Source: Puccinia triticina (taxonomy: Eukaryota). Taken from it: a stretch of 64,000 nucleotides of DNA. The stretch lies in assembly GCA_026914245.1 (NCBI GenBank), contig CP110439.1, positions 992,001-1,056,000 of the forward strand, given 5' to 3'. Shown piece after piece: positions 25,471 through 38,502 of the stretch. Position 1 is the first letter of the stretch. Each line of letters starts with the position of its first letter. The position numbers were made by a program, and so were the translations under genes. The notes beneath the pieces are model-generated. The model had not been told where the DNA came from and did no database searches. It saw only the letters and a program-made list of their open reading frames with translations.

Positions 25471-26270
25471 TGGGGAGCAGGAAGTACAGGGAATTAATCA
25501 AAAGCTGCACTTTGGGTGATACTCAACAGCCCGTTAAAACTTCATTCCATGCAGTAAAAATAAATACCATTGTATAAACATGTCATTCATTCTCATGCCA
25601 TGTTTTATATTGGGCTTGATGCAGTTCAAGCCTTCAAAAGTTGATTGGGCAAACTTCTAATAAAGATAAATCTTCAAATGACACTAGCATTTGGCTGGTT
25701 TTCCTAGTGTTATTCATGCTTGGTGGGCATGCCAATTGGGCGGGTGTGAGACTTCCTTGCCCCCCCCCCCCCCGGGTTGTCCCCCAAGATTATTTGGTGG
25801 GTTGGGCCAGGTTGATGACTTAATGGTGACCTGCCCCAAAACCGTTTAACTTGCAGGCAGGTTGGGCTGGGTCAATTTCTGTAAACAATAATCCACACCC
25901 AAACCCATTTAGCTTGCAAGCAAGCTGCCTGCAGGGTCCCCACGGGACCCAGCTAAAGATTCAAATTGTGGATATCTTTATGTTTTATTGTTGCTGTTTA
26001 GCTTGCAAATCATTATTGGATTGAAGATAAGGTTTGAGAGGTGTGGCAAAATGGATTTAGGGGGATCTTATTCTTAATTTAATAAGACAAATTTTTACTA
26101 GATCTGGGAATTCAATATCTTCAATTTTGGATGTGATGGATGGTGATGAATATTTGTGAATTGATACATTATTGCAGACATGGGAGAAAAGGAAAACAAG
26201 AAGGTGCAAGAGAGGCCTCATTTTACAGAAAAAATCACTTCTGAGACTTGAGAGTGGTTTATGTAGTGTA

Positions 26271-26745
26271 CAGTTGCGCGCGGCATTCTACTGTACAAGG
26301 TTTTGGGCTGGTCCCAAATGTTGGGGCCCAAAACCTGGAAAAAATACAGTTTTTTCACATATTTTTGGGCGGCTGGGACATGGTATGGTGTCCCAGCTTT
26401 GGTTTTAGACCCACCAGGCACTCCTGAAAGCACTGCATGACAGTTTCTGCCTTCATTTGTGGGTTTAGTGCCCAACCAGGAGGCATAAGTATGGGTTTAG
26501 GACCCCATACATATGTACTTATGCCCGTATTTGGAGGTGGGTCCCAAAATATGGGCTGTGAACAAAAAAAAAAAAATGGCTGGACCAAATTGGTTGCCAC
26601 TTTAGATTTGGAATCTACACACTCTGTAGACTCCAAAAATGTACTCTTTTAGAGTGCTGGACCCCCGACCCAGTCGGGGTTTTCCCCCGCGTAGCCCAAC
26701 AAGTTTTGCGGGCAGCTCTGTACAGTAGAATGCCGCGCGCAACTG
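26271..26745. mobile_element. Tc1/mariner-type MITE (475 bp)
   Basis: Perfect 27-bp TIR cagttgcgcgcggcattctactgtaca / tgtacagtagaatgccgcgcgcaactg, flanked by TA at 26269-26270 and 26746-26747. Confidence 0.9.
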
Positions 26746-28670
26746 TAAAAAAAAGATCTTCTGTGGGAAAGATGTGCAAGGTGATGTGAAAGAAAGTACT
26801 AATCTATTTTGGGAATTTGTTCAATGTATGTGTGAATTAATGTACTAATTTTGGTTATGATTCCTTGGCTTGAGGAAAATCACATCTACAATGAGATTAT
26901 CTAACATGTGATGTGTAAATCTTTGTGGGGTATTTCCTGTGCTCACACAACAGGCCAGAATTGGATTTGTGTCAAATTGCCAAGTAATGAATGGGATTAA
27001 GGTTGGGCAGTTGTGTTACGGTACATTAAAGAGGCCCTTTTGGATACTAATACTGTAGCTTTTTTTAGTCATCCAAATCATCCATTTGAGTAACACAGAA
27101 TTTTGTTTTGATAATGTAATGTAATGTAATCTTTTTTATTTTTTATTTTTTGTGTTTTTGGATAACATACCTGCTGAGTTTTGCAACATATTTGCAAAAC
27201 AAAATTGCTTTTGCATAATGAGTTTAGCTCACACAACAGGCAAACAGGTGACACTCCCGCACACAACGTCACCTGCACAGTTACTGTGGTCGCCAAAATT
27301 AGGTGACACTGCTTGTGGGAGTGACAGCTGTCTGCCTATAGTGTCAAGCCTTGCCTCTTGTGCAGGTTGTGGGTTCAATCATCTGTGTAAACCTCCGTTG
27401 AACTGAAATTCTTGACTGTTTAGCATCAAATTGAGCCCAATATGTGCTCATATTGATTGAAACAGCCATCAATTGACACCTCTCTTGGAAATTTACAGCC
27501 AACTTACCTAAATTTGGCCAAAAATGTAATGTAGCCCAGTTTGTTTAAACTATCTGGATTCTGGGCAATATAAGAAGGAAAAAGGGCCCTTTTTTGCCGG
27601 TGGATATTGTAACTAAATTAGGTTTACATTTACATTACAGTTACATTACCAATTACGGGTAACATAACAGCACACCCTTGATGGGATCTATGTGTAAATG
27701 TAATATATGTACTGGTTGAAAACACATATGTGTACATGTGGATGTTGGCGGGATCAGCAGTTCTGAGCACTTTGGCATGAAGAGAAATCAAACACATATT
27801 TTTACAGAAGTATTTCAAGATTGTTTTGACAAATCAATAGACAGGATCTTTATCAGTCTCTGTGTATTTTTGGTTATTATTTGAAGCTTCCTGGTATACT
27901 TGCAGAATCTGAGGTTGAATTGAATAACAACATGTTTTGAATCATGGTACCAACAAAAGATGACAATTATGATGTAAGCAGAATTTCACAAAAAATTAAA
28001 AGGGTGGTTCACAATTAAAAATTTACAAAACTTTGGGACACATTTTAAGGTGTTTATGATTTTTTTTTTTTAAAATTGACAAGTTGCACTGATTGATCAG
28101 TATCACTTGTTGCCGTGCATTTGACCAAAATTTTAAAACTTTGTTCATAACTGCCTTAAATTTAGCTCCAAAGTTTAGTATAGTTCAATTGTGGTCCCCC
28201 CTACTAGATCAATTTTTTCAGGCTTGGAATGGTTTAGCTGTATGTCATGATTGCTGATGGCCACATCAAAGCCAATGTTAGTGGTGTTGGATTTGATGTG
28301 GCTGCACCTAACATCTCCAGAGGTCTGCAAATGCAGCAGATGCCACATACTAAAAGCTTTACATTGAAGGTAATCATGTTGCAGAATAGTCAAAATTCTA
28401 TCAAAACATGACATGAAAAATATAAATTGACTCAAAGAGCGTTTGGAACAGCGCCTATGGGTACATAGCTAAAAATAATGAGCATATGAAGACTGCGAGA
28501 GATAATGACAATAAAATCCAACGAGTGATATTGATAGGATACATATTGAGACATGCCTCTGATTGATGATTAAGAGATTAAGGGCCAGAGAAACAAAATA
28601 CGAGTGAAGGAAGAAAAAAATGAGTGTCGTGGTTTAAACACTTGATGATTCACGTGGAATTGACTCACTT

Positions 28671-30982
28671 TCAAAAGGAGTATAAAAATAGAGCCACCGT
28701 TCCTGTGATTGCACTGATGTACGATAAGGATGAAATCTCAACATGCGGGGAGTCCGACTTCGCGTTGGATTTGGTGGGAGAAGATGTCGCATTAGATGCA
28801 ACTTCCTTCGTCAACAACTCGCTGGCATAGTCTTACACGATAGATTCCGATGGTGTTAGTTGGTTTGGAGATTGTCACTAGCGCGGTAGATAAAATGGCT
28901 CAACTGAAGTTGTATTCGCGAATGGCATTACTAATCGAACGTTTTCCACTTCCGCTGAGTAATGGCTTTCCTGAGCCATCTAACAGCTCCACCCGGACAT
29001 CCCCACCGTTGCCGCTCCATGGTGCTGAAAATGTGGAAATCGACCCCGGTTTCATTTGATTAAACACTTGACTCGCGGTGCCAATGGTTATCTTGAGCTG
29101 CTGAGCAGGCGAGTCAGGGGTGAGGAACACAGCAGCATGAACTGCATCCTTCGATACCGTTGCATTTGGAGGAGGTCCTAAGGGGTCGGTGTCTATAACC
29201 AATGCATATTTAACAATTATTAGTTCGTGTTCTTTTGTCATGAGAAAAAATGCGAATCACCTGCAACGGCCGTGGCTGAGTGGGGCCTATAATTATAGTA
29301 CACTTTATCTTGAGTGATCGTAGGGGGAGAGCCGGTCTTATACCATTTAATAAAATAATCTGTCATATCCAACCATGCCTGATGATCAAATCCCGAACTG
29401 CGAAAGGTACTGTGTTGGTGGAACTGCGCAAAGTTTTTTTATGTGACGCCCATTTACTCACATCCAGTTTGTGCCAGCAGGTGGACTTCCCGCTATAGGG
29501 CCAATGTAATGAGATTCGCCATAGTCATTCCAAGACACAATTTGAATGAAATCGGGCTGGGTAGGCATGGCAATGAGCTCTTTCCATCGGTTAACATAAA
29601 GGTTGTCGTCCTATCGCGCAAAAAGCGTTCTGCAAATGAGTATCGTGCCACTCATGCATGGATGAACGATGTGCGGAAAAATCACAAACTGACTGATTTG
29701 AACATGAAGTTTTTGTCAGAATAATGCGTGTAGAAGCACGGGCTGACAGATGCCATGTACAGCTGGGCAAAAGGATGGATGCAGTCAGATTGGATTGATC
29801 AGTAATACTACGCCAGAGTAAGACGAACGAAGGAGTAGCTCACCTTGCCATTTTTCTTGGCATCAGCTTGAAATTGCAAGTCGACCGATGTGCTTATGGT
29901 GTCATTCCCCGTGGGCCTGCGGAATTAAGGTGAGCTGAGAGCCATATCACTTCTTCTGCTTGAGTATAGTAGAAGGTGCGCTTACCAGGCTTTCCAAGTC
30001 ATTATGCCATCCACGACTGGGTTCGTGGACACAGCTGTGCTGGGGTTCAAGCTGCTCCAGACAGGTACGAAGGCAGCTTGTATAGGTGGGCTTAATGCAG
30101 CTAGGGGGGCCTTTAATGCAGCATTCCAGCCCATCGAGGTGTTGGTGGCTGAGTGGTTAGGAGCATTAGCTCCAGGTTCGTCATAATATTTCCATGGGAA
30201 GATGTTTAGACTCACCACCAAATGAATTGTTTTCGCCCGCGAATGTCGAGACAAAAGCTTTGCCTCCAATAACTGTCAAAATCATATCCGGTTGTTGGTC
30301 ATTGGGTTCATGAGTGAGACTGCTTTCAACCAGTAATATAATTCTTACGCAATTGTGACTTCATCGGAGCAAACTTCGTGACCCAGCTGGAGACTTGATT
30401 GGCAGTTTGGATAACAGACACTGTAAACAAAGCAAGAGTGCAGTTGAACATCCAATCACGCTCTACAAAGAAAATTCTACTTGAAAGCATAGCTTACTAT
30501 CCAACGAAAGGAACAATTGAAATGGTTGGCCGTTGGTTCCAGTAACTTGTGTTGCCACATCATATGCCGTGGTGACCTGATACATATCGACGAGGTCAAT
30601 TCACCACTTCGTGGAAAACATGATTACATTTGAGCACTGCAAACCTGATCAACTTGCCAACTGTCTGGAGTTCCTACGTTGAGAGCGAAGGCATCTATTC
30701 CATGAGAGGCCGCCAGGGTAATTTGATTTTTCCAATCATCCCGCGTGTAATTGATCGTCAATCCAGCACTGATAACAAAAATGGTCAATTCGCGCTACAA
30801 AGGAGCACTCCGCATTGTAAAGCAAATGGCACGAACATGAAGTGAGCGAACACGAGTTTAGGCGCGGTTGTCGGAGGAGCCCGAGTGCTAAGTTGAGAAT
30901 GTGGCTCGCCTGCGCGAGATTGAAATACCGCGTTGAACAAGAGTATGTGTAGAAAGGGGAGTGACCATTTGGCCACAAACAT
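28671..30982 (-). CDS. Secreted GH71 alpha-1,3-glucanase paralog, multi-exon, Ser/Thr stalk and hydrophobic C-tail
   Basis: MFVAKWSLPFLHILLFNAVF...KLVFAHFIAGLTINYTRDDW...GIDAFALNVG...VDGIMTWKAWP...FIQIVSWNDYGESHYIGP...YNFNYASELL...ISAITGTVALFLYSF*. Confidence 0.9.
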
Positions 30983-32670
30983 CTTGAATTCGAGGACCTA
31001 TAGGCTAAAGATCTTTGGCTAAAAACTGGTATAAGAAAGCCTGGTGTTGTGCGTTGAATTTCGGTTTCGTTTCGGAATGGTAGGACTAGGTTGAAAGATG
31101 CTGCAGCAGCTTCCGGGATATTCAAGAGGACAGTGAATCCAACTGATTTAGTCGGAGTGAGGATGAGAGCTGATAACAGTCGTGAAAAGAATAATGTAGG
31201 CAGTGACAGGAGGGCTCCTACCGAATGGAGAACTTGTGTTACGAGGCGAATCGTTCATCGTACTGCTCGAAAAGCCCAGGCCGCATGTAACTTGGCCTCT
31301 CTCAAGCTAACATGGATCAATCGAAACAACGCGGGTGGAGAGCTATCTGGTCCATGTAGATATGCACGTCCTCTTGTTCTACTCCAGCTGCTTAAGCCTT
31401 AAGCGGGTAATCATGTGGCCTTGAACTGGTGCTTATGCTTCTTTAAACCTGGAATCTCTACACTTGCCAAGATAAAGCGCGCCCAATCAATCGGCATTCA
31501 CATGTCTCCGATACCACGCTGACCTACACCGCCAGGCCTGTTTGGCAAGTTGGGGACTGTTCTTCCATTGCCAATTGGTATGTTGGCTCATCCCATTACC
31601 AATGCACCCAGCAGCGAGCCAATAACGAGGGCCGGGGTTGGTGCATAGGTTGTACCACTGCAGGCCCCAACATATCATCACTCGCGAGACACGGCCACTT
31701 GGCCATAAGAGACTCTCCCTGCGGTCGAGGGTTGGTGCTGTACTCCTCGATAATGTTCCCTTGCTCGCCACAAGCTGGAGACGAGGGACTTGAGAAAGCG
31801 TCGCCTGGCGCTCGGCGGCACCACTGGCCCCGCCGAATGTATCACATCATCCCCGGGGACGCCATCCAAAGCGGTCCGGGTTAACGGCTGGCTCAAAGGT
31901 TGCCCCTTTCTGTTGGACGGACGTCTTGGCTCTGAGGGGTAAACCATGACTGGAAAAAGTCGACTGAGCAAGTTTAGGCCGTACTTTCTACTTTCTTGCA
32001 GGAGCGAAGCGGCCTTGCGACTCCCAGCCGATCGCGTCCCCGGGATGTCGAAGTGAACCGTGTTTTATGAGGACTGAGGACATAACGAATATCAAAGCTG
32101 CCTCACGCTGCTTTTGGCTAGTATGCATGCATACGATGAGAGAGATAAGAAAGAAAGAGGGAGAAAAGGCCGATGCCTTTCTCGGCGGCCGTCCTGATGG
32201 ACAAGGAGAGCCTGAAGAGGTGGCGAAGCCGGCCGCCTCTGACTCTAGCGGGGTCAGATTCGACTATCCCCTCCAGGATGATTCCTTTCGCGGCTCCACT
32301 GAGCCGTCTTTGGTGTTCTGCCCCTCCAGGCTTCCGTTTTACTTGCTGTACGCGGCCCCGATGGGTCCGCTTTCTTCAATGTCTCTCCTCACCTACCTCA
32401 CGCTTTTGTCATCCTCTTACTTTTAGCCAAACCCGATGGCCTCTATAAGTCGAGGCCATCGGGCACATCGCAACATAACCCACACCTTTGCTTCACTCCA
32501 TCCTCCCGAAAGAAACTGCATCGATTATTTGCTTGCGTATCCAAACCGCTACCCAGACCCTCGCTCGGCGATATCAATCCAGCTTTACCTCTTTCAGATT
32601 TTCCAGCGTCTGTGATCATAGCTGGTCTTCGAGAAACCAAAGGAATCCCCCGACTGGACCGCATCAAGCT

Positions 32671-33961
32671 ATGTTAGATCCCGAAGCTATCTCGGTAGAA
32701 ACAACTGCTGGTACATAAATTAATTTCGTCCGGGTTTAACGACCTTTTTCAACCCTTGAGACTGACTCGATGCTGCTTAATTTCTCCCAATCCAGTTCAA
32801 CTTGTTGAGGAGTTGCATAGACTGGCACAACTATGTCGAATGACCGATGCCAGGCCTTATCGAGAAACCGAGCCAGTTTACTCAATCGACGAGCTAAACG
32901 CTCGAGAAGCTCTCTTAATCCAGCTAGAAATGAGCCTTTTGCCTTCACTGCGACAGCAACTCCTCAATTTGCTAGGATCATTAGACCTTCGCGCCCTCCC
33001 AACAGCTCCAGAACCAAACTTCAAGGATGCCTTGGAGATCACATCGAACCTCCACCCCAGCATAATGCAAATCAAAAAAAATATTGAATCCCTCGCTCCA
33101 TGGCGTTACTTGCTAGCCCCAGCCAGGAACGACTCTACTCACGGCCCTCTCAAGCAAGCTAGATGCGATCGTCTCATTGAGAATTTCCTTGAACTGGTGA
33201 ACGTCAAAATACGTCACTTGATCCAAGCTTATCTCCATTTTGATAGCAGAGGAATGTTTTCAGCCGAGGACCGGGATCAAGTCATTGAGGCTACGGATTC
33301 ATGCGTCCAGGCTGTCGATGCCATGATTAGATTTTCCAAAAAAAACGACCTTGATATCATCCAAGAGCATTGGCAAAAGTCACTGCAGTCACTCGACGAG
33401 CTTCTGACGGACGTGACCTTCCGAATCAATTTTTCGAATTCCTTGGGGCAAGGAAGATCCCAAATCGATCCAGCTGAATACACCCCTGCCCGACCTGGCT
33501 GGGTGCCTCGATCTCAATTGATACCCCTCAAGTTAGAGGTAGTCCATCTATTCGAGTTGGCTGTTCCGTTGATCAAGCTAGCCCGAATATTCTTTAGGAG
33601 AATAGTGATAACCCCAAGTGGCAAACCAATGTTCTCACTCGATCCTCGCATATGCTCTCTTGATATTCATAAATTAGATAGACGGGTATCCTCTTTCTAC
33701 GAATCAATCGAGCATGTTATGGAGATTTTGTATGCTCTGAACGATGAAGATGACGAACAGAATCGAAGGCAAACCCTTGGGAGCTGGTCCTGCATACCTG
33801 AAGACCGCTTGAATTCATGTCTAGTCTCATTAGCCATGCACATCGTGCCTTTGCCCACTGGACATGATCACCATCCAACCGAAAACCTCTTCAAAACCCT
33901 GTTTTTCAGCCTGAAGTCCGAATTCGATGAGCTTTCTAACATTTTCCAAAATAACATATGA
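32671..33961 (+). CDS. Hypothetical protein (~400 aa, apparently helical), no recognised domain
   Basis: Long ORF 32756-33961; plausible 40-nt first exon MLDPEAISVETTA with a GT-AG intron at 32711-32795 joining in frame. Confidence 0.7.
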
Positions 33962-34541
33962 TTCCGGAGAGCTGACAGATACGAGGTGAGTTCCCTGATG
34001 TTCACGAAGGCACTTATTATGTCCCCTTCACCGTCACTCACGGACGGCTTAGAGCTGCTCGAGCTCAAATCCCGGCTGCCCCTCGCTACTCAATCGTTGT
34101 ATCCCCAAGTACTCCCTGCTCCATCGGACCTGGCACTCATCTTCTGTACTATTTATTTATCTCATTTAATACTTACACACATACACTGCACAACTACAAC
34201 CTCAGCTTGTCAATCAGTATAATCGATATAAACCCCTTTTTGCACTACAAGTGATGTAGAATCAGTATGAACTCTTGAGTTTTGACCCGGCTTGAAAATA
34301 AAATACAGACCAATGCAACCGGCAACCTGTAAATATCCTGAACTTAACCAAGTCCCTCTCTTACCTGAGGCTTTGCCGGGGCTTCTGGTATTTGTTTGTT
34401 GGTAAGATGAGATTGATCCGGGATGGTTTGTTGGTAGATTGTTCTTCAGCTTCTGACTGGGCAAGGTTGACAAGATGCCTTCAAGGCTCATAACCTATGG
34501 GAGCGTGAGCGTGTATGTTGGTGTTGCTCCACGGTGTGGCC

Positions 34542-34599
34542 CGAGCTTAACTAAGCCTCTCGCTCGGAGGGTCGGGGGGGGGGCCCGACCCCGCGTCCC
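34542..34599. repeat. GC-rich hairpin-forming dispersed repeat, copy A
   Basis: cgagcttaactaagcctctcgctcggagggtcggg(g)n-cccgaccccgcgtccc is near-identical to 43527-43583. Confidence 0.8.
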
Positions 34600-35231
34600 T
34601 AAAACCGAGGGGGGTAATGAGAAAGCTCCCAAGAAAAAGCCAAAGATCATCGATTTAACCAGTTCTGGCGACGAAAGTAGTTAATCATATCATCTTCTCT
34701 GCATTCTTATTTGTTGGCCTCTTCTCTCTGCTTCCTTCAATTCCTTCTAAGTAATTTATCCAGTCCGCCACATACATAATAGTGAGCTTGTCGATTGGGT
34801 CAGAAGAAATGAGACGTGTGTAAATGTGTAATGTTTTTTTTGGATCCATTCTCTCTAGTTGACAGCGTGAATAACTGCTTTTCTGGTCAATACACTTCCA
34901 TGAACGCGATCCAGAAGAGATAAGAGTACCGCGCCACCCACCCACCGCACATGTGTGAATTAAAGACTCCCTAATTCTCGAAGAGCCTTCGGGAAGCAGC
35001 ATGCATGATTGGGTAATGCTCTGGTGTTGATGTGATTTTGCAGGGCCTGGGAATTAAATCCCCTTGTAGCTGTGCCGTGAATGATCATTTGGGGAGAAAA
35101 TTCAACTCAGAGCAAAGCGATGTAAATACCTTTTCCTCTCTGATTACCTGATCATGAGACGGTAACCGAGTTTGATGTGAGGCCTGGTATGTTCTGCCAC
35201 CAATGACTCCATTCAAGTTTCCACTCTCCAT

Positions 35232-35476
35232 CACTGTAAAAAAAACTGCGTCAACTGTGAGCAGTTGACATGTGGTAACTTTGAGGAAGCGTGTGGTGTT
35301 ACACCAGCCTTACTCAAGGTTTGACTCAACCCAAGCTTCAATGCACAGTCACTGGGCACCTTGCACAGTGACTGCCAACAAAGGCACTTGTGCATCCAGG
35401 TGGAGTTACAATGGCAGCTTGACTCAAGTATCCTGCGTGTCAACTGCAAGCAGTTGACCAAGTTTTTTTTGCAGTG
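35232..35476. mobile_element. CACTA/EnSpm-like MITE (245 bp)
   Basis: TIR cactgtaaaaaaaact / agttttttttgcagtg; 3-bp TSD cat at 35229-35231 and 35477-35479. Confidence 0.85.
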
Positions 35477-35822
35477 CATGTCTTTCTGGGCCCATGTACG
35501 TCACATGCCCACTGTGCAGCTTGTCTATGGATGAAGCCATCACACCCAAGATCATGCGTCCTTACAACAGGGTTTAAGCCGATGAAGCTGAAGAAACAAC
35601 GACGTAGAGCAACAATGTGTCCATATTTCTACTCAGCTTAAGAGCTCACAAAAAGAGAAAAGCTGATCAATGGGCTAGATTGAACCAACTTGCAAGTTGG
35701 TGACCGGAAGAAAATAATCAAAAAAGAAGACACAGGCACAGACACAGTAGGCCAAGGGAAATAGCCATGATGTAAGACCATCTTTCAATCACTCTCAACT
35801 TTGCTCTTCAACAAACGACCAG

Positions 35823-37191
35823 CTACTGTCAATCGTTCCGGGAGAAAACGCAAAGCTCGATGGGTTTGCATGGACGGCAAGCAACGCCTCACGAGTATCA
35901 AACTGTGAGAGCTATATTTATTCCTGTGGTTTCTATGCTTCGGTCGCTGACTGCCCCATCCTTGTTTTTGATCCTTCTCCTCACCTGCTTAGGTTCCTCG
36001 ATGGGGTAATCCCTTGGTACATGTACGTACTGGCTTATTCGGCCCCCCGTGCCCTTCGTTACTAGATGTCTGACTGCTCGTTATCCTGGCACAATCTTCA
36101 GCAAGCCGAAGCAGCCGCTGTTTTTCAAGCAATCCGATCCGCCGCAGCCGTCAAGAAAGCTCCTTACGGAGGAGCAGCAAGAGATATTCCTTGCTCGTGG
36201 GCTGACTGCTGCAATGTACAACCAGCTAACCGAGCTTCAAGAGCGGGATATATTCAGACTCGTCCAGGAGGGCAAACCTCTGACTGCGGGAGAGAAAATG
36301 CACGCCTCTTCCGGCCCGTAAGTACTCAAACATCACTGCTTTTTCAAGTCTGTTGATTTGCTGACCAGCGTTCTGACATGTTTCTCAGTTGGGGATGCTA
36401 AGTCGGCGAGTTGACCGAGCAATACATGGTGAGAAACTGTAGGAATTTGAGATCTTTTAAACTTTATTGCAGCACACAAACTATAGCTAGTAGTAGTAGA
36501 TACTGGAAAACAAGAATAAAAAGGTTAAAAGATAAATAAATGAAGAAACAATGATTGAAAGAATGAAATCATGTACCTTCTTATAGTTTGGGTCCTTACT
36601 ATAATTCGAAAAAGATTCTTAAGAAGACTTTGACAGGAATAAAAAGGAAAACAGACAAAGCAAGCCTAAAAGAAATGAGAGTTAATAAGAAACAATGAGC
36701 AAGATATGAGAGAAAGAAAGAGAATCAAGTTGTACCTCCACTTGCGTCTGATCCGTGCTCCTCCTGAATCTTCTGAATCTCAGACGAATTTTTGAATTGG
36801 AACCAAACAGCGAAACTAAGACGTTTGATCGAAAGTTGATTAAGGGCTTGGATGTTCGACGGAGTTGTAGCAATGAAGTCGTACTCATAAGAACTTCCTT
36901 GCTGAGTTCAGGGGGAGAACACAAAGGTGCGCGGCTATTTGAACACATTGCATATTCATCGTGTAATTTGAATTATTTTCCAACAGAAACGACGAAAATC
37001 CCAACGGTTGGTGCGGAAGGATAGCCAACCTGAAGCGGGGCACTGTGAGTAACAAGATAGGTTTTCTTCCTCATGTCGTGCACTGACGGTGTATCAGTGT
37101 ATCCTAGGATTTCAAAACCATGGCGGAGATCGTCCTCACAATACGGGACAGAACTTACAATTCGCCCGATCCCCCGCAATACAAACATCAA
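35823..37191 (+). pseudogene. DUF262 / GmrSD N-terminal (ParB/Srx-like) domain gene fragment, disrupted
   Basis: Spliced exons read WVCMDGKQRLTSIKL|FLDGVIP...YNQLTELQERDIFRLVQEGKPLTAGEKMHA|...ELTEQYMVR[LTR]NDENPNGWCGRIANLKRGT|DFKTMAEIV. In-frame TAA at 36399-36401; N-terminal half not found. Confidence 0.68.
36438..36985 (-). mobile_element. Solo LTR (548 bp) of an LTR retrotransposon
   Basis: TG...CA termini (tgtagga...tccaaca); 5-bp TSD gaaac at 36433-36437 and 36986-36990; AT-rich. Strand inferred from composition. Confidence 0.85.
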
Positions 37192-37421
37192 GTCTGTTTT
37201 CCCCCCTCGGCTTTGAGTTGCAAGCACTTGAAGCGCTAGACTTCACAAGCAATATGGTCGTGCTTAATCAATTGGTTATTGTGAGCTGGAAAACTCAAGC
37301 TTGAAATTGTTGTGTGGTTGTGAGCTTTGGAAGTGAGCTAGTTCATGGCGGTTTCTTCAACATTTTGTATGTCATTTATCATAAAATTTCCATCCAACTT
37401 ACTGCTTCAGAATCGTCGCCT

Positions 37422-37717
37422 GACCGCGTGCAAAAATATGTCAAACCAGGTTACACAGTCCTGCCACAAGTCATGACAGACCTGCGTGTACCATGACCTG
37501 TCAGAAATGCATGACTTTAAGTTATGTAGCTGTCATGAGAATGACAGCTCTGTCAAACCCAGTGCACAGTCACTGGGCATGTGACAGGTCAGGCAGCTTT
37601 TGTGCAGGTGCCTGGTCTGACCAATTGACCTGTAATTTCACAGGTGCTGCCTGTCATGTAACACCTGCAGGACAGGTTAACCTGATCCACATTCATGTCA
37701 CACTTTTGCACCCGGTG
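37422..37717. mobile_element. CACCG-terminus CACTA-like MITE (296 bp)
   Basis: Termini gaccgcgtgcaaaa / ttttgcacccggtg; TSD cct at 37419-37421 and 37718-37720; related sequence at 7522-7591 (inverted) and 1-30. Confidence 0.75.
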
Positions 37718-38502
37718 CCTGTACCATAGACACCAATTTTTGCAAATGAACATGGGATTTAAATTTCTCAAAAATGGTGTACTAAGTGTTGCTCATTATG
37801 TGGTTTCAGCAATACTGGGTGTATGGATTTCATATTTTGAAGAAAGTGAAATTGAAATTGAAATCCAAAATTGGAATTTGTTGCTGTGGTACAGGCCATC
37901 TCAGCACTGTGCCTTGGAATGGTTGACAAAGCAACCAAGGAAATGAGATAAAGATTAGCTGAATGTAAATGAAAAATTATGGGTGCATAAGTGTGATCAC
38001 GCAGATGACTGGCATTGTTAACAAAAAGACAGAATTTTGACTGGGTAAAGATCAATGAGTTTTGGAAACATTGGTGAATGTAGTGCAAGTTTCCCAACAT
38101 TGCCAAGAGATCTCCACAATGTTGGAACCGGCAACTTGCATAACCAAGCCAGACATCATACGGACAAATCAACATAGATGGACAGTTGCCTGTGTCAACC
38201 CATGCTGAATTCCAGAGCTTTTGGGAGCTCCACACTGCAAGGAAAAATCTAGAAACTGCTTGCAGTTGAGATGCAGCAAGCTCGAATCAAGCCTCAGCTC
38301 AAGCTGGAGTCAAGCACCCAAATTCTGTGCTGGTGCACCTTGAGTGTATACCTTGTTCAGCATCCCAATGCTGAACATTCTGTAGTGATCATGCAGTAGG
38401 CAGAGGCAAGTGTTCAGCCTTGAAAATGAGCATCCCCCTGAGCACCCTTTTCTTCTATTTTATTAAACACTCCATGTGCCATTGAATCCAGCCAGAATAA
38501 CA

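Noticed and set aside
31100..32600. Short ORFs in the GH71/hypothetical-gene spacer
   Set aside because: No domain evidence; treated as intergenic, though a small spliced gene cannot be excluded.
38233..38387. Another CACTG...TAGTG MITE
   Set aside because: Weak TIR match and mismatched flanks (cca versus atc); probably a fragment.
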